DNA from: Marinicellulosiphila megalodicopiae
GTDB taxonomy: Bacteria; Pseudomonadota; Gammaproteobacteria; Pseudomonadales; Natronospirillaceae
Assembly (NCBI RefSeq): GCF_045862395.1
Contig: NZ_AP023087.1
Coordinates: 1,699,990 to 1,731,989 of the forward strand
Reading direction: 5' to 3'
DNA: 32,000 bases
Every line of letters starts with the position of its first letter. Positions within the stretch are counted from its first letter, which is position 1. Shown piece after piece: positions 1-12,374 of this stretch. A program made the translations under genes and the position numbers. The notes beneath the pieces were generated by a model, which made no database searches, was not told the DNA's origin, and worked only from the letters and a program-made list of their open reading frames with translations.

Positions 1-1
1 G

Positions 2-550
2 GCAGGCATTGCCATTACCGCTTTAGGTGGCGCGTTAACGGGCATCATTATTTACATGGCGGATGACAACCAATTACGGGATATTACTTTTTGGAGTATG
101 GGCAGTCTTGCTAATTTAGATTGGCATGATGTGATGATCACTGCTCCTGTCTTGTTGGTGTGCGCTTTTGTGTTGACTCGCTTCGCAGGCCCATTAAATT
201 TAATGTTAATGGGGGAATCAGTATCTAAACACTCTGGTGTGGATGTCATTAAATTAAAAAAACGCATTATCATGATTGTCGCATTAATGGTCAGTATCTG
301 TGTGTGTTTAAGTGGGTTGATTGGTTTTGTAGGATTGGTTTGTCCTCATATTGTGAGATTAGCCGTGGGTCCTGATCATAAAAAAGTGATTCCATTAAGT
401 GCTGTTTTGGGTGCTTGTATGTTGTGTGTCGCCGACTTATGTTCAAGAGTGATCATCGCCCCTGCTGAATTACCCATCGGTATTATTACCGCTTTAATTG
501 GTGCGCCATTTTTTATGTGGTTATTAGTGAAACAAAAACAAACGAGTTAA
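2..550 (+). CDS. FecCD-family ABC transporter permease (heme/siderophore/B12 type), 5'-truncated by the window edge
   Basis: The frame of the listed 56..550 ORF stays open back to nt 2 (AGIAITALGGALTGIIIY...). The C-terminal half has the FecCD/BtuC-type pattern GFVGLVCPHIVRLAVGPDHKKVIPLSAVLGA...APAELPIGIITALIGAPFFMWLL. The cognate ATPase starts 9 nt downstream. Confidence 0.85.
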   Translation, partial: AGIAITALGGALTGIIIYMADDNQLRDITFWSMGSLANLDWHDVMITAPVLLVCAFVLTRFAGPLNLMLMGESVSKHSGVDVIKLKKRIIMIVALMVSICVCLSGLIGFVGLVCPHIVRLAVGPDHKKVIPLSAVLGACMLCVADLCSRVIIAPAELPIGIITALIGAPFFMWLLVKQKQTS

Positions 551-559
551 GAGAATACA

Positions 560-1348
560 ATGCTTAAATTAAATCAAGTCAGTTTTAAAATTGGAAAGCG
601 TATAATTTTTAATGATGTCAGCTTTGAAGTCAAACCCGGTGAATTAGTCTGTTTACTAGGAGCAAATGGCGCAGGTAAATCAACCTTGCTTAAAAGTATT
701 TGTGACGATGTAACATTCAGTGGCGATATTTTATTAAATGATGTCAACCTTAAGAATTTCAACTTGGCTTCACTTGCCAAAATACGATCCGTCATGCCTC
801 AAAAAGTAAATCTTAATTTTGCCTTTTCGTGTTATGAAGTAGTGAGTATGGGCAGAAGTGCACATAATCAAATATTAGATGACACTGACAAACGTATTAT
901 TAAAAAATGTATGCTGTTATGTGGCGTGTGGTCATTTTGTGAGCGTCGTTATCCTTATTTGTCTGGTGGTGAGCAACAGCGTGTTCAATTAGCACGAGTG
1001 CTTGCGCAAATATATTTAGACGGAGGGGATTCTCAATCGCAACCTAGGTTGTTGTTACTTGATGAATGCACCTCCAGTTTAGACCCTAAGTTTCAGCATC
1101 AAGTGTATCGAATTTTAAAATCTCTAAAAAATCAAAATATAGCCATTTTGAGTGTCGTGCATGATATTAACTTGGCAAGCCAATATGCCGATCGAATTTT
1201 GTTGTTAAGTGACGGACAGTTGATAGAAGATGCGAGTCCTTCTTATGCGATTAATACACAAAGCATGCTGCAAACCTATGATTTACATACACAGGTAATA
1301 AAGCATCAATGTGTTGATCGCCCAGTGGTGATTGCGTTGGAGCAGTAA
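560..1348 (+). CDS. hmuV: ABC transporter ATP-binding protein, hemin-import HmuV type
   Basis: Walker A GANGAGKST, ABC signature LSGGEQQRVQLARVLAQ (typical of HmuV), Walker B LLLLDECTSSLD, H-loop VVHDINLA. Sits directly after a FecCD permease. Confidence 0.8.
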   Translation: MLKLNQVSFKIGKRIIFNDVSFEVKPGELVCLLGANGAGKSTLLKSICDDVTFSGDILLNDVNLKNFNLASLAKIRSVMPQKVNLNFAFSCYEVVSMGRSAHNQILDDTDKRIIKKCMLLCGVWSFCERRYPYLSGGEQQRVQLARVLAQIYLDGGDSQSQPRLLLLDECTSSLDPKFQHQVYRILKSLKNQNIAILSVVHDINLASQYADRILLLSDGQLIEDASPSYAINTQSMLQTYDLHTQVIKHQCVDRPVVIALEQ

Positions 1349-1489
1349 AATGAATCAATGCATTATTTATGTGTAAACAAAGATGTTAGGGTTATGTAAA
1401 GCTGTCTGATAATTCTCAAAAATTTATAATACTATGCATTTTGATAATTTTGACTGGCGCTCATTTTGAAATTGAAGAATAATGCAAGG

Positions 1490-3085
1490 ATGCGAAAATT
1501 ATTTTTAAAACTCTATTTTAAGATGTTTCTGACTATGTTGTTGTTAGCGGCTATTGGTGTGTTGGCATTTACAATGTTATCACAGCGTCAGCAGCAACAC
1601 TTTTTACAGAAACAAACCCTCATTATGGTTGAACAGATTCAAGGGTATTTTGCTGCCAAATATAAAGATAAGGTGTTGGTTGGGAATGTTTCAGATAGTT
1701 TGTCAAATGAATTACTCGTTTTACAGCATTCATTTGGAATGCATATATCACCGAGTAAAAAACAAACTGGCATAAATTCTTCTTTTTTAATGATCGTAAA
1801 ACCTAACAATGTAATCGATGTTTGGTTTGATGTACTTTTAAATAATCAAAAACAAGCGGTAAAGTGGCGATACAGTTACACCCAACATCAGTGGATAACT
1901 CAATTAAGTGAATTAATTTCAGCACAATTTCAATTGGAGACCTTTGACTCTCAAAATCAATTGTTCAATTGGGTCGCGCAATATCCTTCTAATGATCAAT
2001 TAATGATTTCTTTAAAGCCTTTTGATTCTAATCAATTAACCGAACATCAAATAAATCAAATGTTAATGCAATTGCCTGTTTTTGAAATGGGTGATGCTAA
2101 TAATCAAAATATTGTTGTGTATAAACGGTTAGATAATCATTGGGTGTTAACAATTGAAATGCCTGTGTATTTAGGTAGACAATCCATTGAAATTTTATTG
2201 TATACATTAGCCATGGTTATGTTTGTTGGGTTGTTTGTGTGTATTTTATTTATTCGACCTATTGAAAGTAAAATTGCTAGACTGTTAAAAAGCTTAGACA
2301 AATTTGAATCCGCCAAAGATGAGCCTTTACTGCCTATGCAATTAGAGGCCATGCACAAACCTGAAGATGAGATTGCTCAAATAAGTAATAAGGTATCGCA
2401 AATGATGCAAAGAATGCATCAACTAGCTAAAGATCAGCAAGAAATGACGCGAGCAGTATCGCATGAGTTTAGGACTCCCATCGTAAAAATGGGATACCAT
2501 GTTGAATTATTAGAATGCGATTTGCCAAAAGACGATTTTAGTATTTTGGGTATAAAGCAAAATATGAAAGAGTTGCATAGTTTAGTGGATGAACTCTTGT
2601 TATATTCAAGTTTGGAACAAGGTTTTCAAGTTCGATTCGAAGAATTTGATATTAAACATGCTGTTGAAAATTTAATCGAACAATTGCATACAATCAATCA
2701 ATGTAAGTTAAATTTAATGATGTCTGAACAGTTTATCATTAAAGCCCATGAAGGATATTTAGTGCGTGCATTGCAAAATTTAATCACTAATGCACAGCGT
2801 TATGCTCAAAATCAAATCAATATTTATGTTGAACAAATTGGCAGTCATGTTCATATTCGAGTAGAAGATGATGGGCCTGGTTTAACAAATGAACAAAAAC
2901 AAACGGTGTTTGAGCCATTTACTGTCATTGAAAAAAGCAGAAATAAAAAATTAGCAGGTCATGGTTTGGGATTGGCAATTGTTAAGCGCATTGTTTTGTT
3001 TCATGGTGGAAAAGCATTTGTTGATGAACCTAAACAATTAACCGGTGCAAGTTTTGTTATGGTGTTTCCAAAGCGTGCTATTTGA
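1490..3085 (+). CDS. Sensor histidine kinase with a large periplasmic domain (HAMP-HisKA-HATPase)
   Basis: N-terminal TM segment, second TM LLYTLAMVMFVGLFVCILFI, H-box AVSHEFRTP, N-box LITNAQRYA, G1 DDGPGL, G2 GHGLGLAIV. The start is uncertain: the track uses TTG at 1466, I prefer ATG at 1490, and ATG at 1523 is also possible. Confidence 0.85.
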   Translation: MRKLFLKLYFKMFLTMLLLAAIGVLAFTMLSQRQQQHFLQKQTLIMVEQIQGYFAAKYKDKVLVGNVSDSLSNELLVLQHSFGMHISPSKKQTGINSSFLMIVKPNNVIDVWFDVLLNNQKQAVKWRYSYTQHQWITQLSELISAQFQLETFDSQNQLFNWVAQYPSNDQLMISLKPFDSNQLTEHQINQMLMQLPVFEMGDANNQNIVVYKRLDNHWVLTIEMPVYLGRQSIEILLYTLAMVMFVGLFVCILFIRPIESKIARLLKSLDKFESAKDEPLLPMQLEAMHKPEDEIAQISNKVSQMMQRMHQLAKDQQEMTRAVSHEFRTPIVKMGYHVELLECDLPKDDFSILGIKQNMKELHSLVDELLLYSSLEQGFQVRFEEFDIKHAVENLIEQLHTINQCKLNLMMSEQFIIKAHEGYLVRALQNLITNAQRYAQNQINIYVEQIGSHVHIRVEDDGPGLTNEQKQTVFEPFTVIEKSRNKKLAGHGLGLAIVKRIVLFHGGKAFVDEPKQLTGASFVMVFPKRAI

Positions 3086-3115
3086 ATTAATCCCTGAAAA
3101 ACACAGGAGAATAAA

Positions 3116-3820
3116 ATGAACCCACATATTGTATTAGTTGAAGATGATGAGGATTTAGCAAAACTCACTCAGAATTTTTTAATTCGTCAGGGGTTTGAAG
3201 TCAGTATTGTCACTGATGGATTATTAGCGATTGAACATATATTGAAAGTAAATCCTGATGTGGTGTTATTGGATATTATGTTACCAGGTTGTGACGGTTT
3301 AGAAGTGTGTCGTAAAATTCGTTCAAGATTTTTTAATCCAATAATAATGCTAACAGCAAGAGATGATCAAATTGATCAAGTATTGGGTTTGGAAATTGGC
3401 GCGGATGATTATATTTCTAAATCCGTAGAACCTCGTTTGTTAGCAGCACGCATAAAAGCAATTTTACGTCGTGATGAAGTGGTAAAACATGGTAAAAAAG
3501 CGTCGGTGTTAGATTTTGGCAATTTGGTGTTTCACTCAGGCGCGCGTGAAGTTCGTGTGTTTAATAAACCCATAGATTTAACGACACCTGAATACGATTT
3601 ACTTTGGATGTTGGCAAAAAATGCAGGGTTTGTTTTATCAAGAGAGAAAATATTTGAATCGTTAAGGGGGATTGAATACGACGGGCAAAACCGATTGGTT
3701 GATATTACAATTTCTCAAATTCGTGCAAAATTAGATCATCCAAAACGAATTATTACTGTACGAAATAAAGGATATTTATTTTCAGATCAGACAGATTTAG
3801 ATGAACATTCAAAGCAGTAA
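3116..3820 (+). CDS. OmpR/PhoB-family response regulator
   Basis: Receiver domain (VEDDEDL, DIMLPGCDG, LTARDD, KS) followed by a winged-helix DNA-binding domain (LTTPEYDLLWMLAKNAG...TVRNKGYLF). Good SD (AGGAG) upstream. Lies 30 nt after the kinase. Confidence 0.9.
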   Translation: MNPHIVLVEDDEDLAKLTQNFLIRQGFEVSIVTDGLLAIEHILKVNPDVVLLDIMLPGCDGLEVCRKIRSRFFNPIIMLTARDDQIDQVLGLEIGADDYISKSVEPRLLAARIKAILRRDEVVKHGKKASVLDFGNLVFHSGAREVRVFNKPIDLTTPEYDLLWMLAKNAGFVLSREKIFESLRGIEYDGQNRLVDITISQIRAKLDHPKRIITVRNKGYLFSDQTDLDEHSKQ

Positions 3821-3834
3821 ACCAAAGAAGATCA

Positions 3835-3868
3835 GGCTCTTTATTACATTATAATGTGATAAAGAGCC
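3835..3868. terminator. Long hairpin between convergent genes (response regulator / yfhL)
   Basis: GGCTCTTTATTACATT...AATGTGATAAAGAGCC forms a near-perfect inverted repeat (15 of 16 pairs) in the 55-nt gap between two convergent stops. There is no strong T-run, so its function as a terminator is inferred. Confidence 0.45.
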
Positions 3869-3875
3869 GAATGAA

Positions 3876-4647
<772 letters not shown>

Positions 4648-4815
4648 TCACTGAACTGCAGTACTCAACTATCTATATAACTCTCTATATAACTCACTAT
4701 ATGGTTGAGCTGCTGTACTCATATTGCAAATATGCACAATATGATTGGCAAAATTAGGCTTTGCCTTTGCACAAAAGCCTATTAATCTTATTACACGTTT
4801 TTAAGGGAAAGACCG

Positions 4816-5370
4816 ATGATTAAAAATACAGAAACTTCTTATGGCTTAGTTGCAAAATTGCTCCATTGGCTTAGTGCTTTAGTGATAATTTTTATGTTTG
4901 GCCTTGGGTTATACATGATGGATTTATCCTATGGTCATCCATATGAAAAAAGCTCATTAAGTTTGCATCAATCCATAGGTATGAGTTTTTTCATTTTGTG
5001 GACAGTAAGACTTATTTGGAAGTTTTTGAATCTTTCACCAAAACTGGCTCAAGCTGACTCAACAATTAAAAAATTGGAAAACTTCGCTGCTCATGCAGTA
5101 CATGGGTTGCTTTATGTAATGATGTTTATAATGCTGTTTTCTGGCTACTTGCTTGCCATTACTGATGGGGCTGGCAGCTCATTTACCTTTTTTGGATTAT
5201 TTGAAGTGCCTTCGTTGGGCGAGTTTTTTGAAGAACGCGCTGATATAGCCGGATTGATACACGAAAAAATGGCATGGGCTTTGATTGTATTAGCCGGATT
5301 GCATGGCCTTGCTGCTTTAAAACATCACTTTATTGATAAAGATGATACATTAAGAAAGATGACACGCTAA
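4816..5370 (+). CDS. Cytochrome b561 family membrane protein
   Basis: 184 aa with four hydrophobic helices. Conserved His positions are visible (KLLHWLSA, LHQSIG, HAVHGLLY, GLHGLAALKHHF). Paired with a downstream YceI gene, as is common. Confidence 0.8.
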   Translation: MIKNTETSYGLVAKLLHWLSALVIIFMFGLGLYMMDLSYGHPYEKSSLSLHQSIGMSFFILWTVRLIWKFLNLSPKLAQADSTIKKLENFAAHAVHGLLYVMMFIMLFSGYLLAITDGAGSSFTFFGLFEVPSLGEFFEERADIAGLIHEKMAWALIVLAGLHGLAALKHHFIDKDDTLRKMTR

Positions 5371-5437
5371 AATTTTAACCGCCATTAAGGCAAACCATTA
5401 ACTGACTATTAAATTTGATTTAATACTGGAGAGTTTC

Positions 5438-5995
5438 ATGAAAAAATTACCATTGGCTTATGCATTAGTTGCAGCTTTAACTACATCGATTGCAGCAAAT
5501 GCTGCTGATTATAATATTGACCAAACTCATACGACTATTGAGTTTAAAGCCAGTCATTTAGGCTTTAGTTATGTGATTGGTCGATTTGATGATTTTGAAG
5601 GCACATTCTCTTATGATCCTGCAAAACCTGAAGCTTCTAAAGTCATGGCAACAATTGATACCACAAGCATCAACTCAAACCATACCGCTCGTGACAAACA
5701 TTTAAAAAGCGATGATTTTTTAAATGCAGCTAAATTTCCTGAAGCGACGTTTGTTTCAACTAGCTTTAAGGTGACTGATGAAGATAATGCGGTAATGATG
5801 GGTAATTTCACTTTAAATGGTGTGACTAAGCCTGTATCTATTGATGTAGCGAAAATCGGCGAAGGTAAAGATCCATGGGGCGGATATCGCGCAGGATTTG
5901 AAGGTTCTTTTGAATTTGGAATGGATGAGTTCGATTTTAAAAGTAATTACGGTAAAGTGATGATCGATATTACTGTTGAAGGTATTAAAAAGTAA
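5438..5995 (+). CDS. YceI-family periplasmic polyisoprenoid-binding protein
   Basis: Signal peptide MKKLPLAYALVAALTTSIAANA, then YNIDQTHTTIEFKASHLGFSYVIGRFDDFEGTFSYD and HTARDKHLKSDDFLNA, the characteristic YceI motifs. Confidence 0.88.
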   Translation: MKKLPLAYALVAALTTSIAANAADYNIDQTHTTIEFKASHLGFSYVIGRFDDFEGTFSYDPAKPEASKVMATIDTTSINSNHTARDKHLKSDDFLNAAKFPEATFVSTSFKVTDEDNAVMMGNFTLNGVTKPVSIDVAKIGEGKDPWGGYRAGFEGSFEFGMDEFDFKSNYGKVMIDITVEGIKK

Positions 5996-6012
5996 GTTAG
6001 TTTTTATTTGAG

Positions 6013-6058
6013 TGGCACGAATCATAGAGAGGAGTTTCTGTGATCGTGCCATTTTTTT
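6013..6058 (+). terminator. Rho-independent terminator after the YceI gene
   Basis: GGCACGAATCA...TGATCGTGCC hairpin followed by ATTTTTTT. Confidence 0.6.
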
Positions 6059-6074
6059 GTTAATTGTTTATGAA

Positions 6075-6623
6075 TTAACAGTTACCACCAATTTCTGAGA
6101 GCATGGATTCATCGATTTTTAATTTTTTAAGCGCGTGCTTTCGTAAATCTTCGATTGGGCTATCCCAAATTAATTTACTGTCCGCTTCAACACAAAGCCA
6201 AATGTTTTCTGCTATTTCTTCCTCTAATTGATTTTCTGTCCAACCGGCATAACCTAAACAGCTAATGTATTCAAATGGCCCTAATCCAAAGGCAATCGAT
6301 TTTAACGTTTCCATCGAATTGCTTAATGCAATGTCAGGATTAAATAAATTTGCACTGTGATCAACACTGGGTTTGTATAATACAAATGCCTGATCTTGAC
6401 CAACAGGGCCTCCGTATCTTAAATTTTGATTGTCATCTAATTGCGTTTCTATATCTGCCTGTTGCATTAGCATTTGCATATTCATATTAATGGGTTTGTT
6501 TAAAACAAATCCAAACGCGCCTTTTTCATCGTGTTCGGCAATGTATATAACAGAGTGTTGAAAATGTGGGTCGTCCATTTTAGGCATGGCAATTAAGAAG
6601 TTATGATTTAAATATTGAGTCAT
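6075..6623 (-). CDS. yqgE: YqgE/AlgH-family protein (UPF0301)
   Basis: The N-terminus NHNFLIAMPKMDDPHFQHSVIYIAEHDEKGAFGFVLNKP closely parallels the E. coli YqgE N-terminus as I recall it. GYAGWTENQLEEEI matches the family GYAxWxxGQLExE motif. Confidence 0.88.
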   Translation of the reverse strand: MTQYLNHNFLIAMPKMDDPHFQHSVIYIAEHDEKGAFGFVLNKPINMNMQMLMQQADIETQLDDNQNLRYGGPVGQDQAFVLYKPSVDHSANLFNPDIALSNSMETLKSIAFGLGPFEYISCLGYAGWTENQLEEEIAENIWLCVEADSKLIWDSPIEDLRKHALKKLKIDESMLSEIGGNC

Positions 6624-7549
6624 AATTGATTTCCTATCCAGTTAAACAAATCGCTCATGGCATCTTGAGCGCTTACGTCGTTAAAAATCTCGTGCCTTGC
6701 ATTTGGGTAGGTGAGAGATTCAAATTGATTATTTTGTTTACTAAGTGATGTTTTTAATCGATCAACGCCACCTTTTAAATGTGCGTTACAACAAAATTCC
6801 CCTTGTTGTAATAATATTGGAAAGTGGAAATGATGGTTTTGTACTTGATTATCTAAGCTGCTTAAACAGGATAATAGCCCACTCCACATGCCATTAGTTG
6901 GTATAAAACCACATAATGGATCTTGTAAGTATAGGTCAACTTCTTCAGTTTTTGAGGACAGCCAATCAAAAGCGCTTCGATTTGGCTTAAAAGGTTTGTT
7001 AAATGCTGAAAATGTTAGCTCATCAAAAAATTCACTTTTTGCTGTTTTGCCTTTGATTTTACATAAAGTTTTATTAATCAATGTAGCGGCTAAAATCATG
7101 GGTTTAGTATTATAACCGCTTCCTGAAAGTATTAACCCATCAATAGATGGGTTATTTCTAATACAGTAATCCAGGGCTATATATGAGCCCATTGAGTGGC
7201 CTAATAGGAATGTTTTTAAATTAGGTGCGATGCTCTCGCGTAATTCTAAAATAAACTGAATGCGCTCGGACATTTGGGTAAATGGACCGTCTAAATGGCC
7301 TAACTGTTCGCAGTGCTCACCATGACCAATGTGATCCCAAGCTAACACGTTGATATTTTGTTGGTTAAAGTACTGGGCGAATCTTTCATAGCGTTCGCTA
7401 TGCTCAGCAAGGCCATGTGCAATTAGCAGCCATGCTTTAGGTTTTGCTACTAACCAGGCTCTATAGTGAATGTCGTCGTTTTCTTGTTCTAACCAGTCAG
7501 CTAAATATTGCATCGCGTCCTTTCCTGTAAAAAATTGTAATTCTGACAA
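6620..7549 (-). CDS. Alpha/beta hydrolase (lysophospholipase / monoacylglycerol-lipase-like)
   Basis: 309 aa with HGLAEHSERY (oxyanion region), nucleophile elbow GHSMGS, and a C-terminal ARHEIFND that supplies the catalytic His. Its stop overlaps the yqgE start by 4 nt. Confidence 0.8.
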   Translation of the reverse strand: MSELQFFTGKDAMQYLADWLEQENDDIHYRAWLVAKPKAWLLIAHGLAEHSERYERFAQYFNQQNINVLAWDHIGHGEHCEQLGHLDGPFTQMSERIQFILELRESIAPNLKTFLLGHSMGSYIALDYCIRNNPSIDGLILSGSGYNTKPMILAATLINKTLCKIKGKTAKSEFFDELTFSAFNKPFKPNRSAFDWLSSKTEEVDLYLQDPLCGFIPTNGMWSGLLSCLSSLDNQVQNHHFHFPILLQQGEFCCNAHLKGGVDRLKTSLSKQNNQFESLTYPNARHEIFNDVSAQDAMSDLFNWIGNQL

Positions 7550-7623
7550 GCTTTACTTCTAAAATACATCAGAATTTTTAAAAATGTGTAAATGGTCTAG
7601 TCTTAAAGAGAATTATTGAAATT

Positions 7624-8445
7624 TTGAGGTTGATTTTGCACAAATTGAAAGCTGTATTTTTAATTATATTTTTGTTCTTTAATGTGCAATGTGTGCATGC
7701 TTTTGATGAAAATGGCCATAGAGTGATTGCGCAAATAGCTTTATCATATTTATCTAGTGACGCTAAAAAAAGATTAAGTGTTATTTTTGGTGAAGATTAT
7801 CAGCAACTCTTTTTAGAAGCTCCGGATTATATTGCAATTAAAGAGCAAAATTTAGACAGTAAATGGATGAAAAATCTGCATTATGTCTTTTTTAATGCAG
7901 AGGATGAATCCTTTGATCCTCAAACACATTGTCCACATAATCAGTGTTCTGTTGCTGCGGTTTTAGAATCTAAAGTGGTGTTGCAAAAAGCCAAATATTC
8001 CACCACACAAAAACGGCAGGCTTTACGTTATTTGGTGTATTTTATAGGGGATATTCACATGCCAATGAATAATGGCTTTTTAGTGGATCGAAGCGGAAAT
8101 AAAATTCAACTGCAAAAAAATGATTTGTCATATGTCAGTTTAAACTGGGCTTGGAATAAAGGCTTGATGATCGAAAAGGATCAAAAATGGTTTGCATTAA
8201 GTGGTCAATACAGAAAAAGTATCGACAGGGAGCAAATCCAATTATGGAGTGAACAGGTAGAACCAGCTCAATGGGCAATTGAGTCACATCTATTAGCAAA
8301 AGATTTTGGTTATAGATTAGCCCAAAATAAACGTTATGATTCTGTGTTTATAAAGGAAGCTATGCCTGTCTTTGATTTGCAGTTAAAAAAAGCAGCAATC
8401 CGCTTGGCAACTATGCTCAATCAGCTTTATTCTGCAATTGATTAA
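7624..8445 (+). CDS. Secreted S1/P1-type nuclease family protein
   Basis: Signal peptide ending VHA, then FDENGHRVIAQIA, a HYVFFN-type region, and LRYLVYFIGDIHMPMN (the HxGDxHQPxH-like metal site). There is no ATG start: TTG 7624 is used in the track, and TTG 7636, preceded by GAGG, is an alternative. Confidence 0.65.
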   Translation: MRLILHKLKAVFLIIFLFFNVQCVHAFDENGHRVIAQIALSYLSSDAKKRLSVIFGEDYQQLFLEAPDYIAIKEQNLDSKWMKNLHYVFFNAEDESFDPQTHCPHNQCSVAAVLESKVVLQKAKYSTTQKRQALRYLVYFIGDIHMPMNNGFLVDRSGNKIQLQKNDLSYVSLNWAWNKGLMIEKDQKWFALSGQYRKSIDREQIQLWSEQVEPAQWAIESHLLAKDFGYRLAQNKRYDSVFIKEAMPVFDLQLKKAAIRLATMLNQLYSAID

Positions 8446-8453
8446 ATGTGGCG

Positions 8454-8481
8454 TTGAATAATATTAGAACTGGGCTATAAT
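8454..8481 (+). promoter_or_regulatory. Sigma-70 promoter of the cold-shock gene
   Basis: TTGAAT (8454-8459), a 16-nt spacer, then TATAAT (8476-8481). This predicts a leader of roughly 120 nt, consistent with the long 5'UTRs of cspA-type mRNAs. The leader contains CACGTTTA twice and the palindrome TTTACGTAAA (8530-8539). Confidence 0.5.
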
Positions 8482-8606
8482 AAAAATGCTTGAAATTAAG
8501 AATAATTTTTGTGCTCATTGTTATTCACGTTTACGTAAATGTCTCTGCTCATAAATAGTGATTTCTTGTTCTTGCACGTTTAAATTTTTATTTACAGGAA
8601 AGAGTT

Positions 8607-8813
8607 ATGTCTAGCAATGTCGGAACCGTAAAATGGTTCAATGAAGCAAAAGGCTTCGGTTTTATCGAACAAGAAAATGGCCCAGATGTGTTCGCACATT
8701 TTCGTGCAATTAACGGTTCAGGTTTTAAAACGTTACAAGAAGGCCAAAAGGTTACTTTTGAAGTAACTCAAGGCGAAAAAGGCCCACAAGCTGAAAACAT
8801 CGAAGTAGTTTAA
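8607..8813 (+). CDS. CspA-family cold-shock protein
   Basis: 68 aa with [15 protein letters not shown] (RNP1) and DVFAHF (RNP2). Strong SD (AGGAAAGAG). Confidence 0.95.
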   Translation: MSSNVGTVKWFNEAKGFGFIEQENGPDVFAHFRAINGSGFKTLQEGQKVTFEVTQGEKGPQAENIEVV

Positions 8814-9481
8814 TCTTTTTTTGATGTCTTGAATTTTGAAGGTCTCTTCTTCTGGAATGGGCCTTTTTTTGTGGCTGAGTGTTTTGTATTTCTTGGATGA
8901 TTCATGTTTTTAATTGCACTTTTGATTATTGCAGGCGCAGGGTCATCAACCATTAATACCTTTAATTCTCCAGGAGCCAAATCTTGTACTTGCCAGTCAC
9001 CAATGGCACTTCTTACTAAACGCAAACATGGAAAACCAACATTTGCGCACATTCTTCTTACTTGTCTGTTTCTGCCTTCTTTAATTTTTAGCTCAATCCA
9101 ACTTGTGGGGATATTCTTGCGTTCTCTAATTTCTCTGTGCCATAACCAAGTAGGTGGCTCGATGATTGTGCACTTTGCAGGAAGTGTGAATCCGTCCTTG
9201 AGTTCTACGCCATCTTGCAAGGATTGTATGGCTTGATCAGTGATTTCACCTTCAACTTGCGCTAAATAGGTTTTTGCGGATTTGAATTTTGGGTTGGCGA
9301 TTTGTTGATTAAGTGCGCCGTTGTCAGTGAGCAGTAATAAGCCTTCACTGTCGTAATCTAATCTACCTGCTGGATACACTTTTTTGATTTTTATAAATTC
9401 AGCTAAAGTTTGTTTGCCATCAATAGGGCTAAATTGAGACATCACTTTAAACGGTTTATTGAAGAGAATTAATTGTGCCAT
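8810..9481 (-). CDS. rluE: 23S rRNA pseudouridine synthase RluE
   Basis: [14 protein letters not shown]...[18 protein letters not shown]...[27 protein letters not shown] aligns along its length with E. coli RluE as I recall it (catalytic Asp in GRLD). Has an extra Lys-rich C-terminal tail. Confidence 0.85.
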   Translation of the reverse strand: MAQLILFNKPFKVMSQFSPIDGKQTLAEFIKIKKVYPAGRLDYDSEGLLLLTDNGALNQQIANPKFKSAKTYLAQVEGEITDQAIQSLQDGVELKDGFTLPAKCTIIEPPTWLWHREIRERKNIPTSWIELKIKEGRNRQVRRMCANVGFPCLRLVRSAIGDWQVQDLAPGELKVLMVDDPAPAIIKSAIKNMNHPRNTKHSATKKGPFQKKRPSKFKTSKKD

Positions 9482-9576
9482 ATTTTGATCTTTTTTTAGA
9501 CTATGTTAGCTGGTTCACATCTGATATAATACCGCGCCTAAAACAAGCGGTCTATCAACCTCTTAAATAGACTTAG

Positions 9577-11901
<2,325 letters not shown>

Positions 11902-11915
11902 TAAATAGTTAAAAA

Positions 11916-11941
11916 AAGGCTGATTTAATCAGCCTTTTTTG
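11916..11941 (+). terminator. Rho-independent terminator after icd
   Basis: AAGGCTGAT-TTAA-ATCAGCCTT hairpin followed by a T-run and preceded by an A-run. Confidence 0.8.
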
Positions 11942-12129
11942 TGCCTGTCGTTTATAAATTTGATATGAAATTATGGATGATATAAGAAAAAATCTCGTTT
12001 TATAATAATTAAGTGTCCCCATTCTATAGCCCTTCTTTTATTTTCGATTAACTGAAAATCGATTCTTTTAACTTAAAAAAATACATGACTCAATTTTAAA
12101 GTGACATTCTTTTCCTGTACGGCAACTCT

Positions 12130-12145
12130 TGGCCTTGTGTTTGCA
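12130..12145 (+). promoter_or_regulatory. Sigma-54 (RpoN) -24/-12 promoter upstream of fliE
   Basis: TGGCCTTGTGTTTGCA matches TGGCAC-N5-TTGCW, with GG (12131-12132) and GC (12143-12144) at exactly the consensus spacing. It is the only such site I saw in the 430-nt icd-fliE gap. fliE operons are RpoN-dependent in polar-flagellate gammaproteobacteria. Confidence 0.6.
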
Positions 12146-12374
12146 TTTGACGTTTTACGAAGAAAATTAGTCAATGTAATGACAATTTAATATTTATATT
12201 AAATGGGGTGTAAAAACCGGGAACAAAAGGGACTTTCTTTGTGGCTTGGTTGGGACGAATCAAGTGGGAGTATGGAGTCAGGATGATTGCTTTATTTAAA
12301 GCGACACCTACAAAATAACAGGGCAAGTGTTGAGTAGGTGAATTTTTTTATTTGAGATAAGTTAGGGGGCCGAA

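Noticed and set aside
1066-1098. Unusual Walker B context LLLLDECTSSLD (Cys and Ser where ABC ATPases usually have DEPTSALD) in the HmuV-like ATPase
   Set aside because: The catalytic Asp-Glu pair is intact, so this is most likely neutral lineage variation.
4659-4720. 12-bp tandem TCTATATAACTC x2 (4672-4695) flanked by a partial inverted repeat (CAGTACTCAAC / GTTGAGCTGCTGTACTC) in the coaD-cytochrome b561 divergent region
   Set aside because: The element is short, AT-rich and unique. It could be an operator, but nothing in the sequence ties it to a regulator. Too weak to report as a finding.
12185-12204. AT-only palindrome ATTTAATAT-TT-ATATTAAAT downstream of the sigma-54 promoter
   Set aside because: In DNA this AT-rich, such palindromes arise easily by chance. 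It is mentioned only as part of the long fliE leader.
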